A stretch of 64,000 nt of DNA, taken from positions 46,205-110,204 of IMG/VR virus record IMGVR_UViG_3300020049_006862; one strand, 5' to 3'. Of this stretch, positions 58,137-64,000 are shown one piece after another. A model generated the notes under the pieces. It was given only the letters and a program-made list of their open reading frames with translations. It did not search any database and was not told the origin of the DNA. Position 1 is the first letter of the stretch. Every line of letters begins with the position of its first letter. The translations under genes were made by a program, and so were the position numbers. The stretch comes from a virus (lineage: Duplodnaviria > Caudoviricetes).

Positions 58137-58297
58137 TATTCAGTAATGAGTTGAGGTGTTGCTTGTTCTTTAGGAGCCTGAGCATCAAATTGAGCTTGAA
58201 GATCTACTAAGAGAGGATAAGCTCCGGAAGAAGTAGGAAGCTGAGCTAGCAGCTTAAGAATGCCTTCCATAGAAGGTTGATTAATTTGAAATGTCAT
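58136..58297 (-). CDS. Small hypothetical protein (53 aa)
   Basis: MTFQINQPSMEGILKLLAQLP... fills the gap, with a TAATG overlap. Confidence 0.55.
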   Translation of the reverse strand: MTFQINQPSMEGILKLLAQLPTSSGAYPLLVDLQAQFDAQAPKEQATPQLITE

Positions 58298-58541
58298 CAT
58301 TTTGTTTGTAAGTTACGTTTACTATAATTTGTATATCTTCGATAATAGAATCGTTTGTAAGATCTGGTAGCAATGTTTCTGCTTTTTGTTCAGCTTGGAG
58401 CATCGCCTCCTCTAAAGAGAGATAAGGACCTAGAAGTTCTGAGTACCCAAATTTAACCGCTCCGTCAGGAGAATTAAGTACCTGCGATACCCATTTATCT
58501 TTAAAACGATAAGAGTTAAGAATAACTGATTTGTTTTGCAT
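58281..58541 (-). CDS. Hypothetical protein (86 aa), likely leaderless
   Basis: ATG 4 nt after the TATCTTTG box. Confidence 0.6.
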   Translation of the reverse strand: MQNKSVILNSYRFKDKWVSQVLNSPDGAVKFGYSELLGPYLSLEEAMLQAEQKAETLLPDLTNDSIIEDIQIIVNVTYKQNDDISN

Positions 58542-58545
58542 AGAA

Positions 58546-58577
58546 CAAAGATAATGTTTTAAAAGTGAAAAAGCAAA
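58546..58577 (-). promoter_or_regulatory. Bacteroidota sigma-A promoter
   Basis: TTTG-N20-TATCTTTG. Confidence 0.8.
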
Positions 58578-58832
58578 CTATTGAGTAATTATTTCTACAG
58601 ATTCGTATCCAAACTCATCAGTAACAATATTACCATAAAGAGTTCGCCACTGCTCATCAGTACAATACAGAGCATCAAAAGGTGTAGCATTTATAATTAC
58701 ACCGTCTCTCTCGTATTTTCTAGTTAGACCTTCCCCTATTTTAGTAGCAAGGAATTTAGGAGAGAGTAATCTAATGGATCTATCCCAATTCAAAGCGTGC
58801 CATGCTGGCCTCAGTCGGTAGTAAGTTGTCAT
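58578..58832 (-). CDS. Hypothetical protein (84 aa)
   Basis: Intact ORF on the coding strand. Confidence 0.5.
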   Translation of the reverse strand: MTTYYRLRPAWHALNWDRSIRLLSPKFLATKIGEGLTRKYERDGVIINATPFDALYCTDEQWRTLYGNIVTDEFGYESVEIITQ

Positions 58833-58932
58833 CTGGAAACTTTAAATCTTTAGGTAATAATTTATCTAAATAAAGTCTGTCTATATACTCTTTCGTATAT
58901 TCTCTGAGTAGAGGTCTAATATGTTCTAAATC

Positions 58933-59133
58933 TCAATCTTTAGCTTCCTTAAAAAGGACATTAGATAGGTTCTTAGAAACTAAACTATTAAAATCTTTAG
59001 GTGGCATATTATCAATCTTATTGTTAATAGCTACCTGTATTGCATTCTGGATATGTTCGTCCAGAGAAGCGTATACTTTTCTTTTGACGTAGCTTCTTAT
59101 CTCGTCATTAAGAATGATATGTGTAGCATCCAA
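58933..59133 (-). CDS. Hypothetical protein, probably extended past TGA 58933
   Basis: Frame continues W-DLEHIRPLLREY... into the otherwise empty gap. Confidence 0.45.
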   Translation of the reverse strand: MDATHIILNDEIRSYVKRKVYASLDEHIQNAIQVAINNKIDNMPPKDFNSLVSKNLSNVLFKEAKD

Positions 59134-59799
59134 AGGAGTGTTTTTTAGCGGTTTATCGACCCGAGTAGACAGAGGAAACCCTCTAGAAATACCCAGTATT
59201 TAGCGAACTAAACGGTGTATTCCAGATCCTGATTACTCAGCTTCAAAACAATGAACCAGCGTCAAAGTAGAAGAGGACCTGTTCCTAAAATCTCTGTACA
59301 AATTCAGCATACCAGCGAAGTTTTATGCGTTGTATCACAACGATTAAGACAGAGGGAAATATCTTGCTGGGCCCAACAATTTGCAATTGTAAAATAGGAT
59401 TTTTCGTAACTATGGCCTGCCATAAAAAAACTTTATTATGCCATATAGAACTCACCGTAGTCCTCCGGGTTTTCCAATATCTTGATGTCGGATCTCTTTA
59501 TAAAAAAGTTTTGTTAGTCATTCTCACTGAGAGCTTTTGAATGCCTGCTTTAGAATCTTTATGGTTCCAATCATAAAGAAGAAACTATCTACCAATATTG
59601 GGGTAGGGGCGGGAAGCTGAACATCTAGAGTAGAACACCTCGTTCCTTCGAGTACATCCTCTTTGTACCTTCTTTCGAAGTCAAAAACTATCTTCTCGCA
59701 TCATACTATGAGGGCTAGCCCCCCTTTTCTATAATAGGCTAGACTTCCATATATTAACTACTCTGTTGCGATGGTTACTTCGTACTATGTACGATCATG

Positions 59800-59830
59800 C
59801 AATATACACTATTAAAATGCTAAAAGCAAA
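59800..59830 (-). promoter_or_regulatory. Putative Bacteroidota-type promoter
   Basis: TTTGCTTT...TATATTG, with the same TTTGCTTT element and similar spacing as the two consensus promoters. Confidence 0.5.
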
Positions 59831-59884
59831 TTATTTTCAATAAAAGATTTACTTTTCTTCAAATAAAAGCGTTTTATTTTAAAT

Positions 59885-60424
59885 TTAGTCGCTATCCGCT
59901 GCAGAAAGGGCATTTTCAGCATAATATTGATTCCAATCTTTAGTATCAGTAGCTTTTAGCTCTTGCTCTTTTCTCAGTTTTTCCTCGTGCCTTTTAAGCC
60001 TTTTCTCTAAATCTTCTTTAAAAAAAGCTTCATCTGAAGCCGCTTTCTCTGCTTTTGCATCAGCTAAAACCTCTGGTTTAGAGCAGTGTTCCTTCCATTC
60101 TTCGTACTCTTTTTCGTTCCAAGGAACAACTAAACCGAGCGTAGAATCGTCTTCAAAAGGCTTAATCCAAGTATGATCATCTGGAATTGGGACGATAGCT
60201 CCAGGGGTTTTAGAGGCAGTAAGATAGAAGTCACTTACCTTCGTATGCTTCCTATCGTAGTCTCTCCATTCTTTGTTTTCTTGCTGAAGACGTTGGATAA
60301 TTTCCCAAGAATTATCTATGGTATCCCACAATTCGCGTGTCTGTTTGATCGAATTAATATGAGCCCAAAGCAAGAGGCAAAGGGGGCCTATAGCCATAAT
60401 TAATTGTGCTGTTTCGCTAATCAT
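59885..60424 (-). CDS. Hypothetical membrane-anchored protein (179 aa)
   Basis: N-terminal hydrophobic helix, charged coiled coil. Confidence 0.6.
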   Translation of the reverse strand: MISETAQLIMAIGPLCLLLWAHINSIKQTRELWDTIDNSWEIIQRLQQENKEWRDYDRKHTKVSDFYLTASKTPGAIVPIPDDHTWIKPFEDDSTLGLVVPWNEKEYEEWKEHCSKPEVLADAKAEKAASDEAFFKEDLEKRLKRHEEKLRKEQELKATDTKDWNQYYAENALSAADSD

Positions 60425-60846
60425 TAGTCTGGATAATTTATTCGATTAAGTAGATCCAAAGAAGGAAGATCTTCGAAGTCTACTGTGGTCAAATCGTTAT
60501 AGGATTGAGTTGCTTTAGGGTAAACAGAAGACTCCTTAATCTTAAGTTTAAACCACTTAATCCCGTTAAAAGAATACATAGTTTTCTCTTCCCCTTCTAT
60601 AAGTAGAGTAACAGTATAAGGTCCGAATTCGTGATATCTTGATGTAATAAACTCGTATACATTCCTGTCTACTCCATACGTAGGAGATCTTTTGTAAATC
60701 GCATGTGGATCAGAAAGCATAATAGTATCGAACTGAGGGGAGCGTAAGAACTCAGAGAGTACTTCTCTTTCCTCTATACCTTCATTAGGATCTATGTTAA
60801 TTGTGCCAAGATATCTTTCTTGTCTAATTGGATAAATGTTTTTCAT
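60424..60846 (-). CDS. Hypothetical protein (140 aa)
   Basis: Intact ORF coupled to the downstream gene. Confidence 0.6.
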   Translation of the reverse strand: MKNIYPIRQERYLGTINIDPNEGIEEREVLSEFLRSPQFDTIMLSDPHAIYKRSPTYGVDRNVYEFITSRYHEFGPYTVTLLIEGEEKTMYSFNGIKWFKLKIKESSVYPKATQSYNDLTTVDFEDLPSLDLLNRINYPD

Positions 60847-60999
60847 AAATTAATCGTTAATTGTGTGCATAAATTCGTCTAATTCTCGAAGATAAAGAAT
60901 CATTTCCTTTACTTGAGTATACGTAGGGGTAACATCGTTAGCCCCTAAATTGGCTACGAATTCTCTTAATGTTTCTTTATTATCTCTTGTTGTCATTGT

Positions 61000-61203
61000 T
61001 TATTCAATTGTTAAGCGAACTGGATATTTTCTAGAAATTTGTTCTAGTTCAGAAACAGGAATACTTACTTCACCTCTATTAATCATATCAGTAAGAACTC
61101 TCTTTTTTAGTTCTAAGAGTTCAGGACCTTCCAAAGCTTTTAAATAAGCTTCTAACTCTGCTTCTATTGTAGAGGTTTCTTTTTTATGTTTAGTTTTTTT
61201 CAT
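61000..61203 (-). CDS. Hypothetical protein (67 aa)
   Basis: Tightly packed small ORF. Confidence 0.5.
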   Translation of the reverse strand: MKKTKHKKETSTIEAELEAYLKALEGPELLELKKRVLTDMINRGEVSIPVSELEQISRKYPVRLTIE

Positions 61204-61207
61204 ACTA

Positions 61208-61516
61208 TTAATTTAGTTCCCAGCGATACATCTTATCCTTAGCGTCGTTCTTGATCTTCACAGTACCCATTCCAACTTGAGGTAATCCTTGATAGGGCAT
61301 AATGTATTCATCCTTAAGTAGTTGTCGTATGCCTGGGCCCTTTTTAAACTGTGCCCCATACTGCATAGGCTGCGCACTTATATAACAGTCCCAAGAATTC
61401 TTTCTGAATATATCTTCCAAATGCTTCCAGAAATTATCTACAGTTATTTCTGGTTGAGGATTAAGTTTTTTCCACCTCTTCTTAGCTGATCTGCTCTGTT
61501 GTTTGTTCTCTAGCAT
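61208..61516 (-). CDS. Hypothetical protein (102 aa)
   Basis: Tightly packed small ORF. Confidence 0.55.
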   Translation of the reverse strand: MLENKQQSRSAKKRWKKLNPQPEITVDNFWKHLEDIFRKNSWDCYISAQPMQYGAQFKKGPGIRQLLKDEYIMPYQGLPQVGMGTVKIKNDAKDKMYRWELN

Positions 61517-61667
61517 CTTCTTCTAATTGTTTTAAAAGTTCTACTGAAGGAAAAGTTTTAGGCTTCCAAATATCTTCGGAAGTAGGAAGAGTAAATTTTC
61601 CCTTGTACGCCTGCTTAAGCATTTTAAATCCTTTTTCGTCTGAGGTTTCTTCTATATTTCTCTTCAT
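61482..61667 (-). CDS. Hypothetical protein (61 aa)
   Basis: Tightly packed small ORF. Confidence 0.5.
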   Translation of the reverse strand: MKRNIEETSDEKGFKMLKQAYKGKFTLPTSEDIWKPKTFPSVELLKQLEEDAREQTTEQIS

Positions 61668-61811
61668 GTCTAATATTTTTGATTAGCCCCATATTTTGTA
61701 ATTGAGAAATCTATCCAGTCCATATAGACTGAGAATGTTGAGTCGCCTCCAAGATAGATACCTTTTTCATTAGGATCTCTTAATTGATGTCCTATTGGGT
61801 ATTTCGGTAAC

Positions 61812-62111
61812 TTATTCATAGTTGTAAATTAAAGGCCCTACTCTCTTAGTATCGTGTACCCAAAGAGTAGTACCGGGTTCTACGTACTGTATCGGCCATT
61901 CGGATACCGGTTTAAAAGTAGGTTTCTTGATATACTCTTCTTCACCAGTAAGAGTATCGTAAATGTAGACATAGGTATCATCGAGCTTAGCAGCTGCTTC
62001 CTGAGCGTCCTCAAGGTAGAGATATTTGTCTTTACAGTCTCCCATTCCGCCTGAAGATTCTCACATATCGTGGGCGAAGAGGAGGTATCTATTTGGATTA
62101 TTTGTCTCCAT
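61812..62111 (-). CDS. Hypothetical protein (99 aa, code 4)
   Basis: METNNPNRYLLFAHDM-W(TGA)-ESSGGMGD joins track ORF 61812..62045. Confidence 0.55.
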
Positions 62112-62484
62112 CAGTTGAAGATTTTACTTCTACAATACTATCATAATAGTCCTTTTCGATTGTAGCAATGTTCTCAACAAGGTTAAAAACATTCTTCATC
62201 TCCTTAGTAAATTCTTCTCTCTTTTCGTTTACCTTCTTCTCGAATTCTTCTTTCAACCTTCTAGTTTCTTTATCGAATTCGATCTTCTTATCGAGAAGAG
62301 TCTTAGCATTTGCTTTGAATGTAGCTATAGCATCTTGTCTGCGTTCTTTAATTAATTCTTCAACAATTGAAGCTACTGCAACATTTTCCAATTTAGGTTT
62401 TGCGAAGATTTCTTTACCACCGAGCAGAGCTACAAGCTTGCTGAAGTTCTCGTTGAATTGTTGTTCTTGTTTAGATTGTTCCAT
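62098..62484 (-). CDS. Coiled-coil hypothetical protein (128 aa)
   Basis: Intact ORF. Confidence 0.6.
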   Translation of the reverse strand: MEQSKQEQQFNENFSKLVALLGGKEIFAKPKLENVAVASIVEELIKERRQDAIATFKANAKTLLDKKIEFDKETRRLKEEFEKKVNEKREEFTKEMKNVFNLVENIATIEKDYYDSIVEVKSSTDGDK

Positions 62485-62858
62485 TATAATTGAAATTTAA
62501 AATCATCTAAAGAAGAGAAATCTACAGAATATTGTAGATCGTTAACCCTTACTTCAGATAAAAGTCGTTTAAAAATATTGTTAATTGTTGTGACTATTCC
62601 TAAATCGTAGTGATTATAGAATTGTATTGCTTGGATTTTACCGCAGTTAATAACAAATTGTAAATGCTTACCTTTGAATCCTTGCATCTCCCTGTAAGGA
62701 ATATTGTGCCTTTGCCTCAGAAGATCCATATTTGATATAAGCACGCTCGCAAAATTCTTCTGAGTAAAGAAATCGTGGTCTAAGTTCTTTCTTACCCACT
62801 GCTCTGCGGAGTCAATTATGTCCTGACAGGTATTTTGAAAAGTATTTACTTCGTGCAT
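62484..62858 (-). CDS. Hypothetical protein (124 aa)
   Basis: Intact ORF with TAATG coupling. Confidence 0.6.
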   Translation of the reverse strand: MHEVNTFQNTCQDIIDSAEQWVRKNLDHDFFTQKNFASVLISNMDLLRQRHNIPYREMQGFKGKHLQFVINCGKIQAIQFYNHYDLGIVTTINNIFKRLLSEVRVNDLQYSVDFSSLDDFKFQL

Positions 62859-63012
62859 TATCCGAAATAATGTTTAAGTGAGTTAATAACATCATCCATA
62901 ACAGTCTTAGATACAGTAAGGCGTCGCTCATCGTCTTTGAGAATCTCTATAAAATACTCGAGCTGAGTAATAAGAGACTGCTTAGAGTACTGGGTTATTT
63001 CTTGATTTTCCA

Positions 63013-63324
63013 TTATACTATAACTTTAAGATCTTTTAAAGTACTTTGGCTCATCGTAGTTATCCACTCATTACCAAAGTAGTCAGATATTTTGACTAGA
63101 TACTTTTGGCTGCTTAATGTGTGTAGAGTCTTACCAGTTTTATCTACAAGTTGTTTTGTTTTATTTGTAGTGTTTTCACGGGGATAAGAATGGCGCCAAT
63201 GATAATCGTGATGGTGCACATGTATTTCTACTTCTTCTGCTTCTGGGCAAAGAGCAATAAGATCCTCATTAGGAGCAGAGTAGGGTAAGAAATCGAATGA
63301 AAGTGTTTTAGTTGTTGGTGTCAT
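63013..63324 (-). CDS. Hypothetical protein (103 aa)
   Basis: Intact ORF with a His-rich patch HVHHHDYH. Confidence 0.55.
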   Translation of the reverse strand: MTPTTKTLSFDFLPYSAPNEDLIALCPEAEEVEIHVHHHDYHWRHSYPRENTTNKTKQLVDKTGKTLHTLSSQKYLVKISDYFGNEWITTMSQSTLKDLKVIV

Positions 63325-63511
63325 CTTTCTTTTTTATGTCGTAGAAATGAATTATTTCTTGCATCGAGTTTCGTATAGCTCCATATAGATCATACGAAAA
63401 AGTAGCGTGTTTGGACTTAAACAGCGTATCGAATTGTTCATGCGGTATATAAGAATATATAATAGCAGACAATTCAGCCGCCAATTCGTCCTCATAATGT
63501 TTATTTTCCAT
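63308..63511 (-). CDS. Hypothetical protein (67 aa), likely leaderless first gene of the block
   Basis: ATG 4 nt after the TATCTTTG box. Confidence 0.6.
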   Translation of the reverse strand: MENKHYEDELAAELSAIIYSYIPHEQFDTLFKSKHATFSYDLYGAIRNSMQEIIHFYDIKKKDDTNN

Positions 63512-63515
63512 AGTA

Positions 63516-63547
63516 CAAAGATACGAAGAAATGCGAGAGAAAGCAAA
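63516..63547 (-). promoter_or_regulatory. Bacteroidota sigma-A promoter
   Basis: TTTG-N20-TATCTTTG. Confidence 0.8.
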
Positions 63548-63912
63548 CTAAATCGTTTGTTTAATTAAAATAAAGTACTTCCAATACTTGACAACGGGTA
63601 CTTGATAAAAAAGAGGGGGTACCTTTTATATAATATATAGAAAGACCCCCCCTTGTAGTCGTGCACATTCGCCGAACGAAGTGAGGCGAAAAGGGGTTAC
63701 AGTTATAGTTGTTATTACTAACAGGCCGCCTACAGCGGATTAATGGTTTGTAGTCAAGCGAAGGTGTATGCTCTCGCGTTTTTAAAAAAGTACTTTGTGT
63801 ATATATAAGCATGGAGGTACACAAAACAACCCCCCAGTATCTTTGGCAAAGCCAAACTACCCCCGCGAGGGTGGTGGGTGGGCTGCGCTCGAATGGGAAT
63901 ATTTTGTGTTGT

Positions 63913-64000
63913 AAAAGAATTATGTTTAAACATGCCGGAAGCCTTATAGCAATATATGGTTTCCGGATTGGGATAAAGGGAGGGGCTCACTCGACTATAT
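63913..64000. repeat. Inverted repeat copy 2 (truncated by window end)
   Basis: Exact reverse complement of 54849..54936. Confidence 0.95.

Noticed and set aside
898-62500. Numerous plus-strand ORFs in the track (e.g. 3844..4209, 34724..35278, 37634..38011)
   Set aside because: Antisense shadows of long minus-strand genes, with no motifs or expression signals.
63561-63990. Track ORFs 63561..63824 and 63754..63990
   Set aside because: They overlap hairpins and the inverted repeat in a likely intergenic strand-switch region upstream of the promoter, and have implausible composition.

Overview
Structural/virion half of a large crAss-like (Crassvirales-type) phage genome, almost entirely on the minus strand, with Bacteroidota-type promoters. 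It uses UGA as Trp (code 4): about 45 in-frame TGA codons split genes in the supplied ORF track, and some genes are invisible without recoding. Gene order, right to left: small genes, HU/IHF-like gene, GroES-like gene, an RNA cluster, GroEL, intein-containing TerL, portal, scaffold-like gene, major capsid protein split by five group I introns, holin, head/neck genes, fibres, Ig/adhesin-like tail genes, a hidden nucleotidyltransferase, ring/IHF/muzzle genes, cargo genes, and a >4770-aa helicase-zincin-RNA polymerase protein running off the left edge. The most unusual items are: a tmRNA with a complete tRNA-shaped module inside it; a Sec-shaped UCA tRNA in a genome where UGA reads as Trp; a TerL Walker A broken by GGC-UA-GGU, which a 5-nt ribosomal hop would restore; and an 88-bp exact inverted repeat. 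All family calls come from motif recognition and gene order by eye; no searches were run.
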